NCBI RefSeq assembly: GCF_009834535.1
Contig: NC_045698.1
Coordinates: forward strand, 3,226,001-3,290,000
DNA from: Camelus ferus
Taxonomy: Eukaryota
Direction: 5' to 3'
Length of the DNA stretch: 64,000 bases
How positions within the stretch are numbered: the stretch's first letter is position 1; each line of letters begins with the position of its first letter. A model generated the notes under the pieces. The model worked only from the letters and a program-made list of their open reading frames with translations. It did no database searches and was not told where the DNA came from. Positions 24,662 to 37,042 of this stretch are shown here, in pieces. Position numbers and translations under genes: made by a program.

Positions 24662-26297
24662 TTCATCGTTTCCCCTTGCCATTGAACTGGGCTTTCTCTT
24701 CTAAGTCAACCTCAAAAGCCATGACACTTCTTTAAAAAATTATTTCTTCTGTGAAGAAAATCCCTGGGTCCTCTAACCTGCTGGACATTTTTCTCTAGTC
24801 CAGAACTGTCCGTGTGCTTTTAGAACATCCAGGAGCAAGGCTCACTGGCAAGGAGTTAGAGTCCACCAAGTGTCTACCCAGCTTTTCGTACAGTTTTATC
24901 TCTGTTAGCCCGGTCTGTCTTCACCGATAAGTAGTGCCACCCGCAAGGGTCCCAAGCCATGACCTTGGGATATGCCCAGAGAGGTGTAGGCGCACAAGCC
25001 CCTACATGCAGCTGGGGCTCCACACTTATGCTCTGATGAGATCTCCTCTTCCTCCTTCTCTTCTTTACGTCACGTTTGGTCTGTCAGACAGCGGCGGGCA
25101 ACGTGCAACGCCGCTGAGGCCTGTCGCTAGGGCCCTAGGGTCAGCTAAGGATCTGATCCTACGTGAGCTGACCATCACATCCACTCTGTGTCCCTCACAG
25201 CTCCTCATCTCCAGAAAGAGACAGGCTTCCGAACAGGCTAAGTGTGTCCTGTGGTTCTGAGAGCAGCATCTGAGAACTGTGTTTCCTTCTCCTTAGTGTC
25301 CTCAAAGATCTAGTGAATCATGGGCTATGTTATGTTTCCCAAAAACTCCTCTGTGGCTGGTAGTCTCTTGGAGAGCTGATTTGTTGAACAAGGGGGCCCA
25401 GTATTAGACTGAGGGCATGAGAGAGAATGGATGCTAGAATTAGTGCTTCTGAAATGTCCCCAGCACTGCATCATCTTTCTGGGCATTTTAATGTTTCTTA
25501 GCAATGACACAGGCTTATTATGTCTTTAATTTCATTTCTAATGGTTCTAATTTGAATATAGTATTCCTCTTCAAACAGTTAACATTTCTCCTGTCAGATA
25601 AATATTCCCTGGGAACAAATTCAATCTCCTTTTTTGAGGATAAATGTACTGAATGAATGCATCCTTACTTGTACCAAAGCATGCTATAATTTTTAAATAA
25701 TTGGTTATTCAGCAAACTCACATGGATGGGTCATCTTTATTAATACCTTCGTGCAACAGACAATAAAGGCATTAACAGTAGTTACCAAATCTTTCATAGT
25801 GACATCCTTTACCTCTGAAAAGAAGATAATATTTTACTGTTTTTTGCACTCGCACAAGTTGCCTGATTATCTTTCTGCGGTAATCACAAACTCCAAGCAT
25901 ATTTAATGTTATTAAAATAAAAGTTGCTCAGCTAGTGCCAAGTGATGGTCAGCACAGAATTAAAGCTTGTGTCTCAGTGACACAGGTGAGCTTGCTAACT
26001 GGGTGCTCAATATTCTCATGTCCACCCATCTTCTTTTCTTTCATTTGCCAAATAGCTTTGACAGTTACATGTGCAAAAATTAAACTACCATCTGAAACCA
26101 TCATTACACACATGGACCATACATCCCCTGCATGACTTCCTAAAGTTTGCAGTTGTTGCCTCTTTTATATGCTTGACCTTTTGAAGGGAAGACATTGCCT
26201 CCAGGTTTGTATCTTGTCAAGGTTGTGGGAATAGAAATGTTCTTTCTTCTGTGAGTTCTGAAGCAAGGCACAACATTTAAAAGTGGCCATCTTCTAC

Positions 26298-26895
26298 ATG
26301 TACCCCTGTGTTCACTGCAGCACTGTATACAGTAGCCAAAACATGGAGACTACCTTCATGTCCATCGACAGATGACTGGATAAAGAAGCCGTGGTATATT
26401 TATACAATGGAATACTACTCAGCCATTAAAAAGAATAAAATAATGCCATTTGCAATAACAGGGATGGACCTGGAAATTGTCATTCTAAGTGAAGTGAGCC
26501 AGAGAGAGAAAGAAAAATACCATATGAAATCACTTATATGGGGAATCTAAAAAAAAAAAAAAAAAGACATCAATGAACTTATCTACAAAAGCAAAAAAAA
26601 ACAAGAAAAACAGACTCACAGACATAGCAAACAAACTTAAGTTTACTGAGGGGAAAATGGGTGGGAAGGGACAAATTGGGAGTTTGATATTTGCAAATAT
26701 TAGTAACTACATATAAAATAGATACACAACAAGTTTCTTCTGCAGAGCACAGGGACCTATATTCAATATCTTGTAGTAACCTATAATGAAAAACAATATG
26801 GAAAAGGAATATGTGTACCCTCAGGTATGACTGAAATGTTATGCTGCGCACCAGAAACTGATGCAACATTGTAAACTACACTTCAATTTAAACAA
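26298..26895 (+). mobile_element. 5'-truncated lineage L1 (ORF2 C-terminus and 3' UTR) with TSD
   Basis: ORF 26308-26550 reads FTAALYTVAKTW..PSCPSTDDWIKK.WYIYTMEYYSAIKKN. TSD tggc(c/t)atcttctac at 26284-26297 and 26896-26909. Confidence 0.92.
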
Positions 26896-27269
26896 TGGCT
26901 ATCTTCTACGTGGTTTATCTGAAAACCATTTTGCTAAAGAGTGTCATCTTAGTGCAGTTGTTGGGCACAGCGACTCTTGAGGGTCCTTGCATATTTACCG
27001 TGATTTGCTATAACTACAAACACAGAGGCATTGTGTTTGCTGAAGGCTGCAGCAGTTCAGGTCCTAAAGGAAAGTCCACAAGAGCGGGGAGGGGGCTGTG
27101 TGTTCTGGGTGATGATGGAAATCCCACCTTACAAACAGCTGCTTGGGGATTGGGATGAGGTGCCCCACAGTCGTACAATTCATCCTGAGAAATAAATGGG
27201 AAGGCGGACATTGGCAGCGTGTACCATTTCATCTCCATTTCCTTGTTTCTTTGTTTCACAAGGTAGCAT

Positions 27270-27385
27270 CACCCTTATTTTACATTCAGGGAAGTTAGCA
27301 CAGAACAGTAATAGTATCAGGGCTGGAGACTGAAGTCAGTCTTCCGAGTCCCCCTCTCGTGTTTGACCCCAGGCAGCACTGCTTT
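27270..27385 (-). mobile_element. MIR fragment
   Basis: 'atcacccttattttaca..gggaagtt..agtaatagtatcagggctggagactgaagtcagtct' is MIR-like. Confidence 0.45.
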
Positions 27386-29399
27386 CTGCTGCTCTGTGTG
27401 AGATCCTGGCTAGCTGATTGTAGGAAGGCTTTCTGGGGACACCCGCTCACCACGGCAATAACACCAACACTCGAACCAAGTCCACCACAGATCAGATCCC
27501 TACTTGTTTAAGCCCATTGTGCACAGACTGACACCCCTCCCTCCAGGAAGAATGTCCTCCTTCTCTCCCTCCCTCCCACCGTTTCTTCTTTCCCCCCTTG
27601 CCCCCTTCCTTCCCTTTTTCTTCTCTTATTTCTACAGTAATCTCATTTTCTCTGACAGGATCATAACAAGATTAAAAGTAGACCAAAGGTAGCTAACTAA
27701 AATTGTTAAATAATTAAAAAGAAGCTAAAGCTTATTTCCACAATTTTATCATAGGTGGAAGATAATATCTATTGTACTTCCTTTATCCCCTCAAGGAAAA
27801 TCACTTCACTCCGTTGCTGGAACAGAAACTTCTGAAATCCATTTCCCTGAAGAAAGGGGCTTTCCCTGGGCAGGTGTGGGTCTCTTTCCCATCCTGCAGA
27901 AAAATATCTTTATGCCAGTGTCTTGTGACAGAAATCCACGGGTGTGAAGCTTGAGGTATCTGTGTGCGCATGTGCGAGTACAAGGACGTGCGTGAGTGTG
28001 TGTCTTTAGACCTGGAGAAAATACTCCTTGCCGTGATGTGTTGTGATTGTAATTCCAAACGTGAAAGAAGGGATGCTGCGGAGCACTTTGGCTGTGAGTT
28101 CAAGAAAGATGACCAGGAGAGAAAGCAGGGCCTCGTACTGGCCCTGTGACCCTCAGCTCCACTGGGAAAGTCCATTTGAAAGACATGCAGTTAGAAACCA
28201 AGTATGATCAGGGCTCCATTTGGAGACTCTTTCCCTGGGTGCTGCCTGGTCCTCTGAGATGTCTCTCCAGCCAGGGCCCCTGCCTCTCCTGGTGAGGCTC
28301 TAGGTCGGAAGAGATGAGGTGTTAGAACAGGGACCACTCTCCTCAATGGGGATTCTAGAAAAAGGGATTGAGTGTGGAATTTTCAGCCTTTTCAAAACAT
28401 TCTTCTTTAATAAAGCTAGTATTTTTCTTCAGCTGGATTTGTTTGTGTTTTGCATTAGAAAATAGTTCAGAAGCTTTAGCAAAACCTGGTCTTTAAAAAG
28501 ATAGACACCTGAAGACAAGCTTGTTACATAGAAGCATTTAGTTTTATGATGTGTTTATTTACATTAAAGACAGAGACCAGGGAGATGTAGGATTTTCATT
28601 TGTTTATTTTTCATTCACTTTTTTTCCTACTCTTTTTCCCCCATGGGCTTTCAGAAACATTTTAAGGAAGTCTTCTTTATAACAAAACTAAATACACAGA
28701 TAAATAAGTAAACAAACAAATACATAGACAAAAACATACATATGTAGAGAGAGAGACTGGGATATCTAGCTATCTGTAACACAGTAAATATATGTAACAA
28801 AATAAGCAAATAAATATATAGAAAGAGATATCAAAATATAATACATATAAAACAAAATAAATAACTATATGAAAAATGAATGTATAAATACATGTATGTA
28901 GTTCGCACGCAGTTCTTGAACAAACCAAGACGACCTGTAGGTTCGGGGTGATGACCACGCTTGATGGAGGCGTCTTTGACGGAGGACACAGGGTGCTACT
29001 GAGACCAGTACTTGTTGGTACTAAGGTTTCAGTACTGGGGGGCAGAGGTGGGTGTCAGGCCACAGAGGCATGTGGGATCGGGTTGGGGGGATTTGATGCT
29101 GATTTGGACAAGGAATGCCACACGGAAGTGAGCTGATGGGGTTGGGGGCCTGGCCCCCTTTAAAGCGGCATGGTTTCCTCCCCACCTTCCCCAAAATGCT
29201 CCTCTTCTGTGAGTCCCCTGTCCAGCGCGAGACTGTCCTCGGGCCAGGCATTTGGTCCAGTTCGGTGGCTCATGTGTCTTTTCTGTCTGGTGTAAGGGAC
29301 AACCCCTCTGTTCCCTTGACCCCGGGTGACCACGGCTCCCAGTGTCCCTGGTCCCTTTGTCCTGTGGTTCCCATGCTGCCTCTGAACACAAGCACGTGC

Positions 29400-29530
29400 A
29401 TTTAGCGCTTCTGCTCCTCGTGTGCTCTGTGACTCTCCCTTAAACGATGCAGGTGAGATACGGTTATTCTCCTTTAACAGAAGCAGAAAGTGAGGGTGAG
29501 ATAGCCCAGGGTCTCAGAGCAGGTAAAAGG
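29400..29530 (-). mobile_element. MIR fragment
   Basis: 'gttattctcctttaacagaagcagaaagtgaggg..gcccagggtctcagagcaggtaa' is MIR core. Confidence 0.55.
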
Positions 29531-31371
29531 CACGTGCTTGGTGTTTTATAAGTAAATTCACATTTACATGTAAATGTAATTGACAGTCAGAAGGAAGGAA
29601 GGAAAAAAGCATAAATGATGCCAGGTCTTCTGAGACCAGTATCTATCACTCTTCAGTTGTGTCGGCACCCTCATAATTTCCCACATCACCTTGCTAGCCG
29701 TTGCTCAGGGAGAACTGAAGCAGACTGGTCCCTATGGCCTAAAATGCCTCCATCTGTAACGCGCACATTTGTAAATGCACATAGGAACTGCAGAGAGTTA
29801 AATGTGATATGTTGGAAACATTAAACCGATGTATGAATGGAGAGTGGGAAAGTAAGATTTGACTATAAAGGGACATTTTAAATATTGCTATATTATTATC
29901 TACTTTAGGACTTTAGAAATACGTTGGCAGGAGCCCTGAGAAGTAGATCCACATTACCGTAAATTCCACTCAGATTGTGATGGGGATTAGTGTGAATCAA
30001 AACCAAGCCCTCATCCCGTGTGGAGAGGCGAACACGCACTGCAGCCTCGTTTCCACTAATCTGGGGCTGCTGAGCGATCTTTGATCACACCAAGTATTAC
30101 AGATGGAAAAGCACTCTTTTCAAATCCCCGACGTGTTTCCAACTGTCAATAAAATCCTTTTTAAGTGTCAAAAGCAATTGCTCTGGTTTACACTTACACC
30201 GCGCACCACAGCAGCACATCTCAGTACTTCTAAAGCAAAACAATAGCCAAATGGCATCGCTGCGGCCAGAATTCTGACAGGCGAGTTCACCCTTGGCTTT
30301 TAAGGCATTAGGAATTCATTTCTAAAAATTGCCATTTATGTTAACTGCACTTTAAAGATTAGGTATTTCGCTCAGAAATACCTTATTGGGGAAGTGAGAC
30401 AACCCCCACGCCAACGCTCGAATTAAACAAACACATCACACAGGCTACGTGTCCAGCCGGGTGTTTAAATTCACACGGAAAGCAAAGCATCCCCAGTTCC
30501 TGGAACATGTGATAAAAATTGTAATATTTGGAAGTATGCGAACAAAGGGTGTCTTACATTTTAAAGATGATCTCAGTGAAACTGGATTCTGGCCCATAAA
30601 TTATACAAGACGATGGTTTGCAGTAATTGATGTAATAAAGTAGCTGGTAGGAAGGGGCACAGTTCCCCTAACTGGATGAAATAAGCAATTACCCTTGCTA
30701 CCCGACAGCCTGTCGATGGGAAAGTCGTCTGTGTCAGAACACAGCCTGCAGACCCTGTTGCATCCACAGCATCAGAGGCCGTCGCCTTATTATCTTTCCA
30801 GGACAGTGCGCGCTAATCAGCTGCTCTCACCAATGAGGGGGGAGTGTTTCTGGCAAAATGAAAAAATGGTGATAAACCGTGTCCAGATGATTAATTCACA
30901 GAAACTCTCCATCACACAGTGGCGACATATGCCCATCTCCTCTGTTGTCCCCTTGGAGATTTTCCTCCTAAACGTATGTGCATATTTTTCACGGCCACTG
31001 ATATTTGAATTGCAGCCTGCCTCCATGCAGAACATGAAACACTTCAAACTGCATAATGCCGGCTAAGTTATCAAGCCTCCAGCGGCCTGGGGTAGCCATG
31101 GCCACAATAATGAGTGTTCTCAAGTGGTTTGTGCAGCCTCCCCGCCCCCGAGCCTTAATGCCCCGACTTACCAGGTTGGTTTCCTTTTTCCCCCCTCCTT
31201 TCCAGGCTGGAGACTGTCTCCCATAACATCGCCGACCACTTTGGTGTCAGGAAATGCGGTTCCTGCCGCTGTAAATGAATGTGACGGCTTATTAATAATC
31301 ACGGTTTAATCAAACAAAACAGTCATTTGGCATGTTTTCCTCTGTTGTTATTCCATCTTTTTTTTATTTAA

Positions 31372-31635
31372 TTCTTATTTTTTATTGAAGTGTAGTTGAT
31401 TTGCAATGTTAGCTTCAGGTGTACAGCAAAGTGATTCAGTTATGCACATGCATACTTTTTTTTCAGATTCTTTTTCATTACAAGAAATTGAATATAGTTT
31501 CCTGTGCTATAGGGTGGGTCCTTGTTGTTTATCTGTTTTATATACAGTAGTGTGTGTCTGCTAATCTCAAACTCCTAATCTATCCCTCCCCACTCCCCGT
31601 CCCATAACCACTGTTTGTCTTCTGTGCTTACATAT
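31372..31635 (-). mobile_element. Lineage L1 3' end, antisense
   Basis: 'tttattgaagtgtagttgatttgcaatgttag..caggtgtacagcaaagtgattcagtt..cctgtgctat' is the same 3' UTR type as 8590 and 33025. Confidence 0.85.
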
Positions 31636-33024
31636 AGGTAGTTCAGTGATCTATGCACGTTAACATTTGGGACTTGGGTGACTTTAAACGGTACCATCCA
31701 CCTTTACATCTCAAGTGGATGCACCCACCTTCAACGATTTCTCACAATTTGAGAGATTTCACGTGAATTATTTGTTGAAGAAAATGAAAAACTACCAGAA
31801 AAGTGAATGCACGCATTCAATAGTTTAGTCATTAAAAGGGTATTTTTGAAACCCTCAGTGGTGTTCTAGCCTTGCAGCCTGGTTGTGCCTGTGAAGGCGC
31901 ACTTTTCAGAATGGGATTAAGGAAAAGTAGTTCCACTTTGTAGGGGCAACAGTTTTCAGACTGTGCACCACAGCTTCGTGGAACCACCCCATGCCCTGCA
32001 GTCGTCCCAGGAACCAGTCCCATTTATTATCTTTCTCTTAGGAAAGGAAACACAAAGCAGCAAAAGCACCACGTGGGGCCGGAGCCTGAACAGAGGGACC
32101 CCGCCCGTGAGGAAGAGGCCTGGATCTCAGGAGGGCTGAGGGCTGGACAGGATGGGGGCCGGGAGGGGGGGTGCCAGCCTTCCCCTCCAAGGGATTTAGG
32201 ATGTTGTGTTTGTTTGTTTGTTTTTGCCTGATGTTCTCTTGGGAGCCACATTCCCCTTCCTCTCAATCAGCGGTTCAGGGAAGGTAAACCCAGCCGGCAC
32301 CTCAAGAGGAGGGAACGAGCCTGGGTATTGGCCAAGGACGTCCCTCCATGTCCTGGTCACAGTGACTTGTCAGAGGGGCCACGTGACAGCCCCGGGTCAA
32401 TGGCTCTGCGGCCCGGGGATTTTGTTTGGGAAAGAGGTGTGCTCTTGCATGGGGGCTGGCTAAGTGATGGGAGGTAAGCCTGGAGCAATGGGATCCTTCC
32501 TGGGAGTAAGCCCCCCGGAAGCCAACAGGCCCCGGAGAGGAAGGGAGCAGGAATGCTGGCCGTGACTCAGCTTATTTGTGCCTTCGTGGTGCTGAGCCCA
32601 GGTCCTTCTCTGCGTGATAACTGCATTTGCCTTTGTGTGTTCACCAGCGGAGGTGATCCTTAGACTTGCCACCACAATCGCCCTGACTGCTATGGCCCTT
32701 TCCCCTTGACTTGAACCCCGGGAACTGGTGCTTGCAGAGGGACCTCAGGTGTGATAACAGACGACAAGGCTCCCGCAGGACCCTGAGAGCAGCAGTAGGA
32801 GAAAAATTAATCTCTCCTGGTGCAAAGGCGAGAAGCAGCTCTGTCCTGACTTACACAGACCTTGGATGCCAAATGGTAGGCTTTGATAAGCCAGCAAGAT
32901 GTGAGAAATGTTTTCAGTCATACTACCAGATGCTTAGAAAACTTGCAGATTTTCTGCCAAAAACTAAATGTCTCTGCCTTTCTCCACTTCTCCCCACATG
33001 GCCAGTTTTTGTTGCTGTTGTTCG

Positions 33025-33460
33025 CTTTTTTGTTTCTTTAATTGAAGTCTAGGTGGTTTACAATGTTGCGTCAGCTTCTGGTGCACAGCATAGTGATTCG
33101 TTTATATATATATATATTCCTTTTCATATTTTTTTCATTCTAGGCTATTACAAGGTATCAAATACTGTCCCCTGTGCTGTACAGTAGGACCTTGTTGTTT
33201 ATCTATTTTATATTTGGTAGTTCGTATCTGCAAATCCCGAACTCCCACTTTATCCCTCTATCCCTGTCTTTTCCCTGGTAACCATAAGTTTTTTTTCTAC
33301 ATCTGAGTTTGTTCCTGTTTTGTAAACAAATTCATTTGTACTATTTTTTTAGATTCCACATATACGAGACATCATATGGTATTTTTCTCTCTCTTTCTGA
33401 CTAGCTTCACTTAGTATGACAGCCTCCAGGTCCATGCATGTTGCTGCAAGTGGCGTGGTT
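33025..33460 (-). mobile_element. Lineage L1 3' end, antisense
   Basis: 'ttaattgaagtctaggtggtttacaatgttg..cttcacttagtatgacagcctccaggtccatgcatgttgctgcaagtggc'. Confidence 0.88.
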
Positions 33461-34279
33461 TTGAGGGGTGGTGCTTACCTTTGCTCACGGGGATCAAGCC
33501 TCCCTTGCATGTGGCTGTGGGAGGAGTGCTGGACAGCGCTCGAGGACTGTTCTAGGGAAACACAGGACCACCAGTTTTCCTGCTTTGCCCCACGCAGCGA
33601 GGTCAGCACACTGGGGACACATCTACAGGAAGTTGTCCCCTCACCCTGGTTGCTGTTATCTTTAGAGTCAGTACATCAGCTTCCATCAGAAGAGCCTAGT
33701 CCTCAGGGTCTGACCACAGCACAGCACAGGCAAGGTGACAAGGAGTCACACAGTGAGCGACGTGACTGCGGGCGGTAAAGCTCCCCTGCTTCATTTCACT
33801 GATGCTCAGAATCGGGACACAGACTTGCCAAATGGAAAGAGACAGACAGAGGGAACAGACAGGCAGTGGGACGGACTTGGGAGCATGAGGGCCTCGAACC
33901 ACCCAGCACATCCAAGAAATCACTTCGCTTCTCTAGTCTCTGTTTCCCCATCCCTCATAGGGCTTACCCAGGAGAGTGAACAAGAGCCATTCAGCCAATT
34001 ATTTAGCTAATTAGTCTCTCTGAGTTCTAACCCAGGGCTCCCCACTTCCCTCCCGCCGGTTAGAGCTCCCTAAGGGGTGCCTTCTCCTCAGTGAACAATC
34101 CACATGGCAAAGCGTCTCTTATCACTCACCTTGAGCCCCACTGGTGGCCCTGCCTCTTCCAAACCTGCAGCCCCCATTCTCTGGTTCCTCCTTCTGCCCT
34201 TCGTTCTGCAAGCCTGAAGTGCGCTCTGCGCAGGAGTCGTAACAGGTGAGGGCGGGACGTTTGTGCCTTTTCTTTTTCT

Positions 34280-35150
34280 TATTAGTGTTTTCTTTTGAAT
34301 AAGTAACATATGAATATTTTCAAACATCAAATGGCTCTAAAGAGGAGGCAGTTAAGGTGCAAACTCCTGCCGACCCATCACGGAACCCCCAGCACTTCCC
34401 CTACAGATGGATCCACCGTCTTCAGTCTCAAGTCCGAACATGTCTTTAAGGCAGATTCCTAGAAGTGGAATTCCTGGGTAAAAGGGCCGGTGAATTAAAT
34501 TAGGAAACGCATGGACAAATCACCTTCCATAAATGATGGCAACTGATGCTTCAAATAAACATGAAAGGACAGCTGCTTCCCCACATTCACCAAGAGAAGT
34601 TTTCGAATTTTAAGTCATTGCCAGTGTGACCATGTGAGAAAAGTTATTTGTTTTCATTTCATTTTCCATTCATTTTAATGAATAATTTGACTATTGTTTC
34701 ACATATTTAAAAACATTCATGTTTCATTTTCTAAAACTCTTTATGTTCTTTGACACATTTTTCTTTGTGTTGGTCTTTGTACTACTGATTTATGGAATTT
34801 TCTTTTATCTTGGCCCATTGGTATTAGTTATGAATATTTCCTCCATCTGTCATTTGGGTTTTGACTTTATGATGTTTTTAAACTATGCATATTTTATTTA
34901 ATACAGTGAAATCTATCACTTCTTATCTGCTATGGCTTCTGAGGTTTTTGTCATATTTAGAGGAGTATTTATTATTTTGAGGTGATATTTTTAAAATCTA
35001 CCTATGTCTTCGTCCAGCATTCTTATGGTTTCGTATTTTTAAAAAATAAGTGTATTTTATATATTTGGACTTTATATTGGCGAAGGGTATGAGGTCGGAA
35101 TTCCATTTATTTTAAGTTTGTCTATGCAGAAAACACAACACAGCACTGAC
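34280..35150 (-). mobile_element. Ancient L1 (L1ME-like) fragments, antisense
   Basis: 'gattcctagaagtggaattcctgggtaaaaggg' and 'tatggcttctgagg..gtcatatttag' resemble antisense old L1 ORF2/3' end. Confidence 0.6.
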
Positions 35151-35862
35151 TGAATATTTACATTTTCTCCCATTATCTTAATCAATTCTAACACAATCCA
35201 TTTTATAGATGACAAAACTGAGGCATAGTATTTTGAAGCATCTTACTGAAGGTTGCATCAGAGTTAAATCTGAACCCACAGTTTGTCCAGAGTAGGCTTT
35301 TATCTTTATTTCTTCCTCCACACTGGTCCTTGACTTTATTTTTTTTCTTTCTCACTAATTACATAGACTGTTAAACTTTTGTATGTATTTTCCATCTAGA
35401 GCTGATAGAGCTATGCTGCTGTCTCTCAAAACCGTGGAATTTCGATCAGCTCCTTCATGTACACACATTTTACTTTATGATTTCAATTGCATATTACACA
35501 GAACAAAGATTTCCAATCCTCTGAAATTGGAATAGAATATATAATTAGCTAATAATGATCAGTTTGGCACACTTAGTACTGTTGGTTTAAATCTGACTTT
35601 AGCATTAATAATGAAAAGCTTTATCATATTAACAGTATCTTGCTAACTGCAACTCTTCTCTCACATGGTTGTAGTCGTACTTCTGGGAGATTCATTTCTG
35701 TTTGACTCTGTCTGTGCTCCTAACTTTATTGTTTTCTGTGTATGAATCTATAACATGTAGACAGAACAGATACTAAGTCAGTTTGCATAAGAAATAGTTT
35801 TTACAATTTATTTTATTTTGAATCCACTCTTACAAGTTTCCAAGGATGAGGGGCACTTACAT

Positions 35863-36232
35863 ATTATTACGGATTGAATGTTTTTGGCCCCTCAAAACGT
35901 GTGTGTTGAAGCCCCAGCCCCCAATGTGACAGTGCAAGGAGGCTGGGCCTTTGGAAGGCGATGAGGTTCAGATGAGGTCATGCAGGTGAGGAAGGGGTTA
36001 CTGTCCTCACAAGGGGAGGACAGAGCTCTCTCTCCGGCCAACCTCGAAGAAGAGAGTTTGGGAGGCACAGCGACATGGTGGCCATCTGCAAGCCAGAAGA
36101 GAGCCCTCACCAGACACCAAATCCATCAGCTTCTTGATCCTGGACTTCCCAGCCTCCAGAACTGGGGAAAATAAATGTCTTATTTAAGCTCCCAGTCTAT
36201 GGTGTTTTCCTCTAGCTCCCCCAGCTAAGACA
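35863..36232 (+). mobile_element. MaLR solo LTR, MLT1A-like
   Basis: Starts 'tattacggattgaatgtttttggcccctcaaaa..gttgaagcc'. Contains 'gccatctgcaagccagaagagagccctcaccagacacc..tcctggacttcccagcctccagaact'. Ends 'ctaagaca'. Confidence 0.9.
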
Positions 36233-36624
36233 CGTAAAATATTTATTATGTTTTAAAACGTGGGGCAAATCACATTTTTGAGAATTCTAATATATCCACT
36301 AGGCCATTAGAAAAAAATCTGAAGTTTGGGGAACACATTTTTTTTTCCTTTTTTGAGGCTCGGAGAGTGAGAAAGACTCATTTCCATATGAAACATAAAT
36401 AACAGATGTCCTACGGCCTACACTCTGAAACCAAGACCTGAAATTTTGAGCTTCTGACGTATTTTTATAGCCTGAAACATTATTTTTTAAAAATTAAAAT
36501 TTTACACATATCTGCAATTTGAAGGAATAAAAATCCAACCTTCAGTGGAATACAATCAGTTTTGAAAGAACATTGGCTACTCATGTGGTTCTGCATGGTC
36601 TCCAGACAGCTGTGTATCTCAAAA

Positions 36625-37042
36625 TTTAAGTCAATGGAATCAAACAAGGTAGTCTAATCATAACGGAATTAAATTTGAAATAAATTGCAGAATAATGAAA
36701 ATTAAATAAATCACACTTTTTTATATCCCCTGGATCAAAGAACCAACCAGAAGTGAAATTAATAAATATTTTAAATTGAATAGCAATGCAAAAAAAAAGA
36801 AGTGTCACATATCAAAGTATGTGGCATGCTGAAAGGAAACTTTATAGTGTTAAAATTATATTAAAAATAAGAAATATTTCAAATCAATAATGTACACATC
36901 TACCTTAGAAAGTAGAAAAAAGGGCAAATTCAATTGAAAACAAATTCAAGTAACAGAAAAATAAAGATGAATATAAGAATCAACAAAATTGATAAAAGAA
37001 AAACAATGGAGAAAAAAATCAATGAAACTAAAAGCTGTTCTT
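36625..37042 (+). mobile_element. Old L1 ORF2 fragment (post-endonuclease region)
   Basis: 'cataacggaattaaatttgaaataaa..aatcaacaaaattgataaaagaaaaacaatggagaaaaaaatcaatgaaactaaaagctg' is typical L1 ORF2. Confidence 0.75.
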
